A DNA stretch of 63,412 nt, the filler included, from Octopus bimaculoides (lineage: Eukaryota): assembly GCF_001194135.2 (NCBI RefSeq). It is 3 parts of 3 records of this genome, joined end to end, with 100 filler letters (N's around TTAATTAATTAA, not from the genome) between each part and the next. Parts side by side here need not be neighbours in the genome. Positions count along the whole stretch, not along the records: positions 33,826 to 63,412 come from NC_068989.1; 2 more parts are not named here. The stretch is one strand, 5' to 3'. The first letter of the stretch is position 1. Every line of letters begins with the position of its first letter. Position numbers and translations under genes: made by a program. Positions 35,686 to 49,915 of this stretch are shown in pieces. The notes under the pieces are model-generated. The model was not told the DNA's origin, did not search any database, and saw only the letters and a list, made by a program, of their open reading frames with translations.

Positions 35686-35816
35686 TATTATGCATGTGTA
35701 TGTGCATGCGTGTGTATATTCGCGCATATGTGCGTGCGTGTGTGTGCGTGTATGTGTCTGTGTGTGCGTTTGTGTGTGTATGTGTGTGTATGTGTGTGTT
35801 GTGTGTATGTGTATGT

Positions 35817-35859
<43 letters not shown>

Positions 35860-36558
35860 TGGGTGTGTGTACGTTGTAAAAGGCCTCATACTCTAAATGT
35901 TTCTATGTGGATATAATGTCGCGTACCAATCGATATAACAATGTAATTATTCGAAAGTTTTCCTCTGAACAAATTTCTCGCCTTCTTTGTCATTTCGGAT
36001 TCTTTCTGTTCTCACACCCATTCTTTCCTCCCCTCTCTCTCTCCCTCTTTCTCTCACCCCCTCTCTCTCTCTTTCTCCCTCTCTCTCTTCGTTCATATAT
36101 TCTATTCGATCCCTTTATTTACTTCTCTATCACTGTCACTATGCAAATCATTTCAGTTTTTCTACATCTATGTCTCTCCCTCACTCTTTCTCCCCCATCC
36201 GCGTACATATATATATATATGTGTATGTGTGTATTTATATATACATGTGCGGTGGAGAAGGGAGGAGTCCCAAACTCATTCGTAGCCTTTCCCCTTCTAG
36301 TTAATTCTTTTATTGCAATTTACTTTCACTTTCGGTTTCCTCTTTCATTTTCCACACTATTTTATTTCACTCTCTCTCACTCTCTGTGTATATACATACA
36401 CACATAAACACACACACACACACACAAACACATATATACATATATATATATAGAGATATGTATATATGTATGTCTGTATATATATATGTGTGTGTGTGTA
36501 TGTATAAATATACGTATATATACACATATATATACACAGATATATATATATATATACA

Positions 36559-36595
<37 letters not shown>

Positions 36596-37206
36596 NNNNN
36601 NNNNNNNNNNNNNNNNNNNNNNNNNNNNNNNNNNNNNNNNNNNNNNNNNNNNNNNNNNNNNNNNNNNNNNNNNNNNNNNNNNNNNNNNNNNNNNNNNNNN
36701 NNNNNNNNNNNNNNNNNNNNNNNNNNNNNNNNNNNNNNNNNNNNNNNNNNNNNNNNNNNNNNNNNNNNNNNNNNNNNNNNNNNNNNNNNNNNNNNNNNNN
36801 NNNNNNNNNNNNNNNNNNNNNNNNNNNNNNNNNNNNNNNNNNNNNNNNNNNNNNNNNNNNNNNNNNNNNNNNNNNNNNNNNNNNNNNNNNNNNNNNNNNN
36901 NNNNNNNNNNNNNNNNNNNNNNNNNNNNNNNNNNNNNNNNNNNNNNNNNNNNNNNNNNNNNNNNNNNNNNNNNNNNNNNNNNNNNNNNNNNNNNNNNNNN
37001 NNNNNNNNNNNNNNNNNNNNNNNNNNNNNNNNNNNNNNNNNNNNNNNNNNNNNNNNNNNNNNNNNNNNNNNNNNNNNNNNNNNNNNNNNNNNNNNNNNNN
37101 NNNNNNNNNNNNNNNNNNNNNNNNNNNNNNNNNNNNNNNNNNNNNNNNNNNNNNNNNNNNNNNNNNNNNNNNNNNNNNNNNNNNNNNNNNNNNNNNNNNN
37201 NNNNNN

Positions 37207-37261
<55 letters not shown>

Positions 37262-37387
37262 TGTATCTGAGTTATTCGTTCGGTCGTAAAACTGAATCCT
37301 ACTCTCGATTTACGTATATGTGTGAATATGAATATATAGATATGCATATACATATAAATTACATGTATATACTTATACAAAGATGCA

Positions 37388-37422
<35 letters not shown>

Positions 37423-38056
37423 CATTCTTTCGCATTCTCTCCTTCCTCTCCTTCTTTTCCCTCCATTTCTAACTTCATCCTTTCGCCCATCTCATTTCGA
37501 ATCACATTTTCTTTTACTTTTACATATCTTATTCCATCTAGTTTCCCTTTCTTTTAACCCCTCCCTACCTCATTCTCTTCTTCTTTCTCTCCTTCTCTTT
37601 CTCCTCTTCCTCTCCTTCTAATTATTTGCTACTCTTTCTTTTCCCTCCTTAATTTCAATCCTTTCCCTCTCCTGCTCACCATCACATCATTACTCTTCCC
37701 TAAACCTATCCCTTCCTCTCCTCCACAGTGTTTCTTCCGCATCTCAGCTTTCTTTCTCTCATACAAGAGTTTGCCATTTTGTTTCTCTTCTCACACTCTT
37801 TTCTACTTCTTTCCAGTTAGTTTTTCTTGGAAATTATTTCCCATCTGGCACTCGAAATTTTTAACACACAACTTCCTTCATTAAAATTTTCCCTGAAATT
37901 CCTCCATCACTTCCTCTTTTTCTTCTTTTTCTCTCTCTCACTCCCCATACATACATATATATACGCACAGATACATAAATACATACATACATACATACGA
38001 ACATGTGTATATACATATGTGTGTATATACATATATACATATACACAAATATATGC

Positions 38057-38089
<33 letters not shown>

Positions 38090-39163
38090 NNNNNNNNNNN
38101 NNNNNNNNNNNNNNNNNNNNNNNNNNNNNNNNNNNNNNNNNNNNNNNNNNNNNNNNNNNNNNNNNNNNNNNNNNNNNNNNNNNNNNNNNNNNNNNNNNNN
38201 NNNNNNNNNNNNNNNNNNNNNNNNNNNNNNNNNNNNNNNNNNNNNNNNNNNNNNNNNNNNNNNNNNNNNNNNNNNNNNNNNNNNNNNNNNNNNNNNNNNN
38301 NNNNNNNNNNNNNNNNNNNNNNNNNNNNNNNNNNNNNNNNNNNNNNNNNNNNNNNNNNNNNNNNNNNNNNNNTATATATATATATATACATACATATATA
38401 TACACACACACATACACGTGTAATATATACATACCTACGCCTATACATACGTATGTATTAATGATATGTATTTATGTATGCATATTTATACATATATATA
38501 TATATACATATATATATGTATGTATGTTTGTATGTATGTATGTATGTATATATGTATGTATGTACGTACATACGTACGTACGTATGTATGTATGCATGTA
38601 TGCATGTGTGTATGTATGTATGTATGTATGTATGTATGCCACTTATTTCCTTTCTGAGTTATTCCTACGATGGTGAAACGGAATCCTACTCTCGGTGCCC
38701 CGAAGAGGATATACATACATGCAGAGGAGAAATATATATAATCACCGCTCATCATACTAAACCGGAAGCTACTATGACGTTAATGACAATAATGCGGTTC
38801 TTCTCACCAGAAATTAATCTAACAATGGCAAAAACGGAGCCGACGTTCAGTGTGAGAACAGGTAGAAGAAGCATCGAGTCCTGTATAAATAATACATCGA
38901 TGTAAGTTTTAGGTTTAGAAAGAAAAACATGGTTTTACATTTCCTATGTATTAAATTTTACCGGCAATTTGATATATATATACGTGTGAGGGTGAGGTGC
39001 GTGTATTTGGGTGTACATGTGCGCGTGTATGTTTATGAGTGGGGAGAGCGTGTGTCTGTGTGTGTGTGTATACACTACTGCACCGCTGTTTCCTATTTCC
39101 CTTTTACTTTGTGTCTACTATTATTGTATACTTGTTATTTGAAAACATCACCAGTTGTGTGTT

Positions 39164-39223
<60 letters not shown>

Positions 39224-40374
39224 TGCATGTATGTATGTTTATATGTTAGTACATAAACACACAATATACATACACACATTCATGCATGCGTACATAAAGT
39301 AATTCTATTTATTGTTTGATAATTAAGGCTCGTAGCTTATGGTTGGAGTATTGCACTCACGGTCGCGAGATAGTGGTTTCGATTTCCAGACTGCTTGTGT
39401 GGTGTGTTCTTGAGCAAAACAATTCATTTCTTGTTAGTCCAATCCGAACCCCTAGCATTCTGTTCAAGGGGAAAGTTGGCCTGCCTGCCCACCCAGTGGG
39501 TTAGCATCATTCGAAAGCCTCAATCATATGAGGAAGTGTATTGTCATTAGCGATGTATAGCAACATCCGATAGTCTAGTTGAAATAGTGATGTAGTGATA
39601 CACAACATATACATTATTTGTGTGTGTATGCATGTATGTGTGTGTGTTTACGTATGTGTACTTTGTACTTGCTTCCGCAGATGCATATTTGTCAGTGTTG
39701 TGTGTGTTTATGCGCATATTTGCATACACCTGTGCACACAACTTCAGTTCTTCTGTCTCTGAAATATCGAACTGACGTATGAAATACCTTCGATTCGAAA
39801 CATAATTCTAGTATGTTATCATCTCATGAGCTTGGATAATTAATCTAAGCCCCTTCAGTTAATGTAGATGAAACCTTGTTCTATGAAGCAAGAATTTGCT
39901 TTCCTTTTACGAATGTTATTCATGTTGTGTACATCAGAAATAACATCGAAAGACCAAATCTCACTGCTTCTTTATACCTCGTTTCACAAGCTGTAATAAA
40001 TTTTGATATCTGAAATGCCTTCAACTAATGATTTGTCATTTTAAAAACCTTTAATCGACGGTGCTTCTGTTCACCGTTTGCGATGTAAAAAAAATAAAAC
40101 AACATAAAAACATTTATATTTACTCCACGTTCCTATATGAACATCGGATATACTACATGATTAGAAGGTGCGAGTTTTGTTGCTATTCCTGGGTCCTGAG
40201 CACCCCTCTTAACTGTTTATATGCTATGCAATCTATCCCAGAGAACACTTCTCGAGATGTCTTGAAAATATCCGAATCACTTGTAATACAGTCGTCTTCC
40301 ACCGCCCAGTGGATCAAAACCGTTTATAACCCAGTCAATCAAAACCATTTAAGTCAAAGATTTATTTATATTTA

Positions 40375-40547
40375 ACAACTGAATGAGACTTTGCTAATGA
40401 ACAGACAAATGTTGAAAACAGAACGATGATTTTTACCTCACAGCATTCAATCATTAAACATTCATAATTGGAATGAATAAATACAATTGCACATAAGTAT
40501 TTATGAAAGTTTGATTTACTATCGGGTGACTTTTGGCCAACCCTGTA
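40375..40547. mobile_element. Tc1-like terminal fragment
   Basis: Ends GGGTGACTTTTGGCCAACCCTG-TA, resembling a Tc1/mariner TIR with TA; the partner TIR was not found. Confidence 0.4.
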
Positions 40548-40859
40548 TGTTGTGATACGGGGAAGGTCTGGCAAATCTGGCAGTCAAAAGTAATTAGTCT
40601 TCTTAGTCAATGTCTCTTTGAATATAGAGGTGAAAGAGGTTTGCAAGCAAAGCCGACTACTGGAAAAACGAGGAACTTGGAAATGTGAATAACACCTCAG
40701 TGAGAGTTTCTCTATCTTCAAGCACGAACACCTGCTATCAATCACTTTAAATTTACAAAAAACTAAAGTATTGGTTAGAGACAATCAAACAAACAACTAA
40801 CTACCCTTGCTTTAATCTATGCTACAAAACATGCATACATACATGCAACCGTATATCTC

Positions 40860-41069
<210 letters not shown>

Positions 41070-41400
41070 ATATATATGTTCGTTTTCGTTCAGTTTCCTC
41101 GTATGCCTTCACTGTCCTGTTTTTGTTCCCAACTTTGACCCTCCATAAATCCCAAATTTTATTTTGGTACTTATAGCAGCACTTGTCTTCAAAGATTCAT
41201 ATTATCATTGAATGCTCGAAATGAGGAGTAGATAGACAGTCGACAACTGATGATGGGTCGTTCGTAATGTTACTTGTCCTGGTTTCCATTTGTTTCTCTC
41301 GTTGTTTGCGTATTGAACTCATTTGTTTTCGTACTTCATGTTGTTTACTGTTGGTGACGTCCTGCACCCATATATATATATATATATGTGTGTGTGTGTA

Positions 41401-41432
<32 letters not shown>

Positions 41433-42344
41433 TGTTTGTGTGTGTGTGTGTGTGTGTTTGTGTATATACATACAAACACAGATTTATAGATATATAGATT
41501 ATTATATAAATGTATATGAATCTATTGAAACATGTATATCTGTTTTTATTCATATAGATATACACGTACACATACGCGCGCATACATAGACACACACACA
41601 TGCATATATATACATAAATACATTTAGATGTAATATTATGATCCCAGCTACACAACCAGATGTTAGTTTGCTTTGGTAGCTCATTTTCAATACAACAATA
41701 CCAGTAATAATCGTATATCATTATAGAGAGCAATATTTTTTCCATATAATAGGCGGTTCATGTTCCATCAGTGGCATAACATTTATCACATTATATCGAT
41801 TACATATGTGACTTGGCTGACGAATAAAGGTAAATAGTTATTTATCGAACACACTTGTAAAATAAATAATGTCAATTATTTTACTATTTCTCTGCAGGAA
41901 TATCCTTTTTTGCAAAAGGGTCTTCTGAGTTATGCCGTTCGCCGTTATGCTTTCTACAGACTTGTATAGCAGGCAACTACAAGTGGGAATTAATATCGAT
42001 CACAGATAAATTTCATTTTCTATAGAATACGCTGCCGTTCCTCGTATAACATAAATATTGACACATCTACGAAACCTAAATTTTCTCATCTAATTTCTCC
42101 ATGTAAGAATAAAATTAACGACCTCCATATATCATAGCGATTACGTTTTTAGCATAAAACGAACAAAAAGTGCACAATGCAAATTGCCTTTATATTCGTT
42201 TATTGGAAGCTGATGTCTTCACTCAATAACCATTACGTATTGAAGATTTTGCTGATCTCTGGCAGTAAAACTCGGTGTAGAATAGGAAAGTTGAATCAGA
42301 GACAAAACAAGAACGAAAGTAGAGAACCGGGACAGTTAAGAAAT

Positions 42345-42568
42345 TGTTCCAAATTTTGACGTAAGGCCAGCAACTTTAAGTGGGAGGGATTCGTCGATTA
42401 CACTGAGTCCAGTCCGTAACTGATACTTTATTTTATCGCCCCCCCCCCAAGAGGATGAAAGGCAAAGTCAACTTGAACGGAATTCGAACTCAGAACGTAA
42501 TGAACCGAAAGAAATGTCGCAAAGCATTTTTGTCCGGCGTACTAACGTGTCTGCCAGCTCGTCGCCAT
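42345..42568 (-). mobile_element. SINE family A
   Basis: GGATGAAAGGCAAAGTCAAC...GAACTCAGAACG...TGCCAGCTCG. Confidence 0.8.
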
Positions 42569-42714
42569 AGCAAAGCTAACAAAGGAGTAAAAAGAGAAAC
42601 ATTTATTGAATTAGGAGTATGATGAGGAAATACAGTACAAATATAAAAGAAGAAGAAAGGAAAATAAGAGAGTTTTCGAAATGAGAAATGTTTGATAGAA
42701 AGCTTGATCCACTG

Positions 42715-42860
42715 AAGGCAGCGAGCTGGCAGAGTCGTTAGCACGTCGGGCGAAATGCTTTGCGGTAGTTCGTCTGCTGTTACGTTCTGAGTTCAAATTC
42801 TGTCTGTCCTTGTTGTCCCCTTTATGTTTAGACCTTTGTGAGCAATAAAGAAATAAGAAA
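42715..42860 (+). mobile_element. SINE family A head joined directly to an alternative 3' tail
   Basis: A/B-box head ends GAGTTCAAATTC, then TGTCCTTGTTGTCCCCTTTATGTTTAGACCTTTGTGAGCAATAAAGAAAT. Confidence 0.75.
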
Positions 42861-43177
42861 GCTTAATCCACTTGTAACCGTTCTTTGTTTCATGATATAA
42901 ACTTCCTGTTTTAAAGTGTTCTGAATTATATTCTTCCATCATATTTTCCTGTTAACTTATGTTTCAAACCTCATATCAATACAGACAAATCTGAATTTAT
43001 AAATTCTTTATTATTTTTTTAAATTGATTGAAATAAAGTATATTTTACTGCAAGTATGAAAACGAAGGAGTTGAGATTTAAACGAGGTAAAAACAAGAAG
43101 GGGTCAGATGTGTGAAGGCAGCGAAGGCAATATGAGGCAGCATGAATTTTAGAGATTGAAGAATGTAAACGTATTTC

Positions 43178-43412
43178 CTATTTCTTTATTGCCCACAAGG
43201 GGCTAAACATAGAGGGGACAAAAAAGGACAGTCTAAGGGATTAAGTCGATTACATCGACCCCAGTGCGTAACTAGTACTTAATTTATCGACTCCGAAAGG
43301 ATGAAAGGCAAAGTCGACCACGGCGGAATTTGGACTCAGAACGTAACAGCAGACGAACTACCGCTAAGCGTTTCGCGCGGTGCGCTAACGTTTCTGCCAG
43401 CTCGCCGCCTAT
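43178..43412 (-). mobile_element. Full SINE family A variant with alternative tail and 18-bp TSD
   Basis: TSD AGAATGTAAACGTATTTC at 43160-43177 and 43413-43430. Confidence 0.9.
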
Positions 43413-44298
43413 AGAATGTAAACGTATTTCTATGAAGAAAAGACTGAGAGAGCGAGGGAAAGAAAGGAGAGACAGAGAGTAATTCTAGGAAGCAATTATT
43501 TCAATCTCGAAATTACACCATGATTCAGAATTTCTTTTTCTTCTAAGAACATTTCCTTTAATTCTTTTGTCGAAGTCTTACTTTCTTTCTAGCATTTCAC
43601 ATCTGAAATATTCAATCCTTCTTTCATTTTCCTTTTTTATCGTTTTCTACCCTCCCTCCTCACTTCATTTCATTAATATTCCACTATCCTATTATTCTAT
43701 TACAAGATATTTTACTTCACGATTGTTTCGAAGCCTTATATATTAACTTTTCCAGTCCTTATATATTTCTTTGTGGCTGATTCAAGTTTAATTGGCATAT
43801 TCATGCTAATATTTCGTTCATGCTGCTTGTTTATTATTTCCGACAACGTTCATGTGTGTTTTTTTATACTGCTGTGACACTACAGGATTGGATGGTACTG
43901 CCTAGGTGTCGAAACTACAGTGATATACGTTAGGTAGCTGNNNNNNNNNNNNNNNNNNNNNNNNNNNNNNNNNNNNNNNNNNNNNNNNNNNNNGGACATG
44001 TATGTTTGATATGACTGTTTGCGAATCTCTTATATCTCGAGTCTTGTTATTGTGGAAGTTTGACCATTTTTATGCTTTCATATTTTATGCTAATTATATA
44101 TTGATAATCATCGATTTCATGGGTTATCTTATTACAGTAGGATAGTAATTAATAATTTCTAATTTTGGGAGGTTCCCCGGCATTTGCGCGCGTGTGTGTG
44201 TGTGTGTGTGTGTATGTGTGTGTGTGTGTGTGTGCGTGTGTGTGTCTCTGTGTGTCTATACACATTTATATGCTATATGCTACATATGTTATATATAT

Positions 44299-44502
44299 TG
44301 GCGTGGCTGTGTGATAATAAGCTTGCTTCCCAGCCACATTGTTCCGGGTTCAGTTCTACTGCGTGGCACCTTGGGAAAGCGTCTTCTATTATAACCTCGA
44401 GCCAACCAAAACCTTGTGAGTAGATTTGGTAGACAGAAACTGAAAAAAGCCCGTCGTATGTGTGTGTTTGTGTAAGTGTGCCTGCGTATGTGTGTGTATG
44501 TG

Positions 44503-44537
<35 letters not shown>

Positions 44538-44775
44538 CTGTGTCTGTGTGTCTGTATTTATGTGTAGGTCTATGTTTGTCCACCCACCTCGCCATCGCTT
44601 GACAACCAATGCTGGCGAGTTTATGACCCCGTATTATAGCGGTTCAGCCTAAGAGACCGATAGAATAAGGACTACGCTTACAAAGAATAAGTTCTGGGGT
44701 CTATTTTCTTTCGACTAAAACCCTTTAAGGCGGTGCTGCATCATGGCCGCAATCAAATGACTGAAGAAAGTAAAA
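44299..44775 (+). mobile_element. SINE family B, full length, with internal (TG)n
   Basis: GGCGTGGCTGTGTG...GGGTTCAG head to ...CATGGCCGCAATCAAATGACTGAAGAAAGTAAAAGAGT tail. Confidence 0.85.
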
Positions 44776-47700
44776 GAGTAAAAGAAAAGTATATGCAGAT
44801 GTATATGTGTCGTATGTCTGTACCTCTCCTCATCTACACACCAGCATTCCACCCGGATTACAACTCGAAATACATATGGATTTCACTGGATTCTTCCGTG
44901 GATGAAAAATTGCTCCAATACACCAAGACGTTTGAACGTTTTTGAACGTGTTTTGAACTTTCTGTTTTTTCTAACTTTGTTTTTAAACCCTCAAGTTTTT
45001 TTTTTAATTTTCTCTCTGTTTACTTTATTCCTTTCTGTTGAAGAGCATAGGGTCGATGATATCTTCAACTGTACTTTTAATTAAGAAGAAATTTTGATAA
45101 TTGTAAAAATGAATTTATTACTTTGTGGAAGGACGCCTGAAATTGTTACTGCAGATATGTGCCGAGAGAGAGAGAGAGAGAGAAAGAGAGGCAGGCAGAG
45201 AGAGACAGAGAGAGAGGATAGAGGGTCAGAGACAAACAGGTAGATAGAAGGTCAGAAAAGGAGAGAGAGAAGGTCAGAGAGGTAAGAAAGATGGAAGTTA
45301 TCTTTATTTGCAATGAGGAAATAAACTTCATCTTGGAGAGTATTAGGTCTGAGAGGAAAACACGTTTTCAAGAGAGTAGCAACTAAATAAGCCTAGAAGT
45401 CGTTGATACTGTTTAAAACTGTGAGGCGGCAGACAATGGATGAGGAGTTACAATCTTTCGGCTCCGTTTGTTGAATTAGATACTCTTTTGCATCTCAAAC
45501 AGCAAATGGAGGTCTGATGGAGAAAAACAATTGTCATTGTTCAATGCAATGTTAAATTTTCTTAATAATTGAAATAAATTGAATCAGTTTCCATCCTTGC
45601 AACAACATTATTGAAATAGACGTAGTGAATTTCTTTAGTAACACTATCAGTAATGAGACTATCAATCACTTTTTGAAAAGTACTTTAGTCATTAGTCTCA
45701 CAAAAGGTTAACCTCATACACTGGAAGAAGCGATTATCGTCAATAAAGTGTGGGACTGGATAATACTTTCAAATCCAATTTACTATAGAGGTTATTGCAG
45801 GAAATAGAACGAATGAAATTTACAATATTAGGCAGTAAGTGGACATCTAGAAAGCGGAATCGATCTATAGTTTCTGTGTGGACGAAAACAATGCGTTCCT
45901 TACTGCTGAAAATTGTGCTCGTCAGGAAGAGATTAATAGCTCAATAATTCTGCCATCAAGAAACTGGTTAATCTTTCTCTTAATAAACCGTGAGATTTGG
46001 TGATAAATGGTTTTGAAAAGGATAAGATGAAATCCTGCAAATATAAGATTACATATATATATATATATATAGTTTACTTTTCCGTTAAGGTAAGATCATC
46101 AAAAACGTATTCCATCCGGTGAGAGCTAAATACTGTTTAATGTACACAGTATATAGCTATGAGCTACTAATAGTTTTATAGGGGTTTTTTTCTGTTTTTT
46201 CACCCTTCCACTTTTTACATCTAGCTTCCTCTGTTTTTCTCGTGATTTCTCTTGTTCTATCGTCTTGAATTTTAAATTGTATAGGCCATGTGTGTAGAAC
46301 GCGTGGATTCCTTGGAGACACTAGTCGTGTTATAAAAAAACCGAGCTAGACCACGTTTCTGATGTATAAAGCTATTACAAGCCCAAAACTACATACTGTG
46401 TACATTAAACGATATATATACGCGCACACGCACGTATGTATGCATGTATGTATGTATGTATGTATGTATGGACTAAGGACTTTCCATGATTTTAATTTCG
46501 CAGTAACTGAGAGATACGGTTCGAGCTTTATATATAAAGGATATAGAGATTCTAACCAGATATAGATATCCTAATCAAGCAACTATATATGCTTTTGACT
46601 TGAAATTTGATACAATTCCGTAGTTAACGGTTCCGTATGCTGTTTCTATGAGTTAAAACACAACAATTATTTTATTTCATCCATTACATGGTCCGTGTCA
46701 ATACGTCAAACTCAAATAACCGAAACCATTTCAGTGTAAGGAATTGGTGTCACGAAATGACTTAATATGATAGCTATGATGCATTGTGGAACTACAATCA
46801 ACGATGCTTTGCAAGCAGAGGCCAACGCCTCCCTTGATTAAAACTGACGATCGCTTACTGTTAATCATTTACTTAGCACAGTTAAATGTGGCAGAAGCTC
46901 ATATCAATCTGATTACAAGGCCTAAGGCATCAGTGAGAGAAATGACATTTATAGGTATGTAGGGTGAAACGCGCTCAAATTAGGTTCAAATCAATACCAC
47001 ATATATGGTGATGTATTTGTGCTGCTCAAATAATTTTAATTTAGATCCTACAAGGTTCTAATTAACTTCAAAGGAATCTCAGGAACCTAAATTCTGCCCA
47101 ACCTTTCTGTGTTGATTATATCACAAGAAATGAATGCAACCTTTTGAAAAAAGCTAGTCCATTACTTCACAAATTTACTCAGATTAATTATCGTTGAATA
47201 TTCAGTTCCCTAACATGCGTTGATTGAATAACATATAATTAACGAATTTTCTTCTGCTTTCTATTTCCTACAATCTTTATGTTTAATTGGCTTCATATTT
47301 TGCCCATTTTGCTTTTCTTCATTAGATAACTACATACACTTTTAAATTGTTTATCAGGCATCCTTCTCTTAATTGAAAATTTAAAAAAAAACATATTACT
47401 CAATGTTTGTCACTCTGATAAATCCCATTTCCCACGTATTCATAGCTATTATCAAACAGCTCTTTGTCATCTCATGATTTCACATGAAACAAGTATATTT
47501 TAGGAAGAAGCCTTTCTAAGTTATCACACATATTTCCCTAACCAATAAGAATGAAACATTTATACCTGAAATCAATTGAATTTCTTTGTACATAAGTTGA
47601 ATTAAGAAAAAAAAAAGCGTAAAGAATTATTTCCGAGACATTTCATTGAATCGTCGTTTCATTAAAATTCTTATGAAATTGTCAAAAACATAGTGGTAAT

Positions 47701-48929
47701 AGTTAAAGAACCAATTACTGCACTACACATATGTGAGTATATATTTATCTATAGAAAACCCTATACATTTACATACATATATACAAGCATACACACACAA
47801 ACACATATGTATATATGTATATGTGTGCTTAGTATATAGATGCAAGTGTATGGTGATTATATTTGTCATATAGACCGAAAATTGAGAATACATAGATAAC
47901 TTCTTACTGGATATAAAAGCCTAATATCGCTAGTTTATCGATTCTGAGATCTATATAGAAATGCACAAAGATATATTGGTTAATAACATACATTTCTGTG
48001 GATGATATATATATTTAACTTCGTGTGCATTAATAATCTCTTCCTAGACTATAATCAATGTTATCTTCTCAATGTCACATTTCAGGTCGCGTTTTCCCTG
48101 TAAACAATGTGAATAAGACAACATTACAAAAAAAAAACGCAAGATTGCAAGCACTTATCATCGTGTATACTTATTTATATTCAATTGCGTTGGCGTAGAG
48201 ATTAGAAAAACCCACGTAAAAGATGTACTACATCGTCTTCTGTTCGATTTTTAATGGATCCGGGTTCAAATCTTGTCTGTGTTGTTGTTTGTATTTCTTT
48301 ATTCTCAGCTACTGGCGTCGGTAAATTCAAACTATAACCGTTGTGAAATACGCCGTTAAATAGAGCAGACTTGACAATACGATAAACAATTTTGCATCAG
48401 AACCCGCAGGATATGCGTTCGGTACCACTTCCCAGTACTCTAGGGATGGTGGCTTCTACTAATAAACATAGTTTCGGATTCACAAACACCAAGTAAATTA
48501 AACAGAAATATACAGAATATTTTTATACCTATGAATCCGTTCCCTTTTTACAGGCATTTGTCTTCGGCCATGCTGGAGTACCGTCTTGTAGTCGAATGCA
48601 TCTAACGCGTCGCTTTTGCCGAACCGTTAAGTTACGAAGTTGTTAAAGCACAAGCAGCGGTAGTCAAGCAGTATAAAGCGACAAACACAGACACATACAC
48701 ACACACACACACACACACCTCCATGTATGTGTGTGTGAGTGTGTGAGTGTGTGTGTGTGCGCGAGCACGCGTGTGTACTTTTATTAAAGCCCCAAAAAAT
48801 CTTGACAAACTACTACTCAGAGTTTCCCATTTCCGTTTGTGCGGAGCAAAGTTAAAAAGACATTTAGGACATGTTGATTGATTGAGAGGAGGGGGAATGG
48901 CAGAACGAGAGCGTAAGAATAATGCTGGA

Positions 48930-49848
48930 AAGAATAAAAATAATGCGAGGTAAAGTGTCTGATGTGATATTGGAAGAATTGGCCGGTGAACTGTAGAGAT
49001 ACTTGGAGAAAATGAGCCACTACTCACTGAACAGAAAGGGTGCAGAAAAAGGAGCCGAGGAGCGAAGAATTGGCTCTTAATGGATAATCTAATTATCAGG
49101 AACTGCAGGAGAAGACACACAAATCTCAGCATGGTATGGGTTGATTATCGCAAAGCATACGGTATGATACCACACTCCTGGACAATAAGAACAATGGAAA
49201 TGTATGGAGTGGCAGAAAGCACGAGAAGCCTTATATGAAACAGTATGAAACTGTGCAAAAAGTGCTGGGCTAGAGAGAGGCAAGACATGGTAGCATGGTA
49301 ACATGGTAGCATGGTAACATGGTAGCATGGTAACATGGAGCCAAAGGAGGCAAGCACAAACCGCAGGGAGTGGTGGAGTCGGAGACAAGCAAAATCCTCT
49401 GGGATTTCCCAATCCAAACAAATCAGATGCTACAGCATAACAGACCGGACCTAATGGAGGCCGACAAGATGCACCACATGTACTGTGTAGTTGATGCTGC
49501 ATGGCCCTTTGACCCATGAATGGTCAAGAAGGAAGACGAAATAATAGATAAATACAACCGTCTTAAGTACGAAAGGCCCGGCTATGGAAAATGAAAAAGG
49601 TGAAGTTGGTGCCAATTATTTCGGGTCCTTGCGAACAGTACCAGAAGGTATCAAGAGGAATATAAAGGAAATTGGAATAGAATGTCCATTAGAACTGTTA
49701 CAAAAGTGTTGCCTCCTTGGCATGGCCAGAATAATCAGGGAAGTATTAGATAGGTGAAAAGAACGAAGGGTATGATACCGTAGGCTGCAGGTAGCAAGCC
49801 CACTATGCATGCAAGACTCCAAGAGTTCAAACAAAACTGTGATAAAAA

Positions 49849-49915
<67 letters not shown>
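48930..49915 (+). mobile_element. R4/Dong-type LINE: RT fragment fused by internal deletion to a restriction-like endonuclease, 3' UTR and (AAT)n tail
   Basis: [20 protein letters not shown] (RT); KILWDFPIQTNQMLQHNRPDL...VVDAAWP...KEDEIIDKY...LQKCCLLGMARIIREVL* (PD-D/E-type RLE). Confidence 0.85.
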
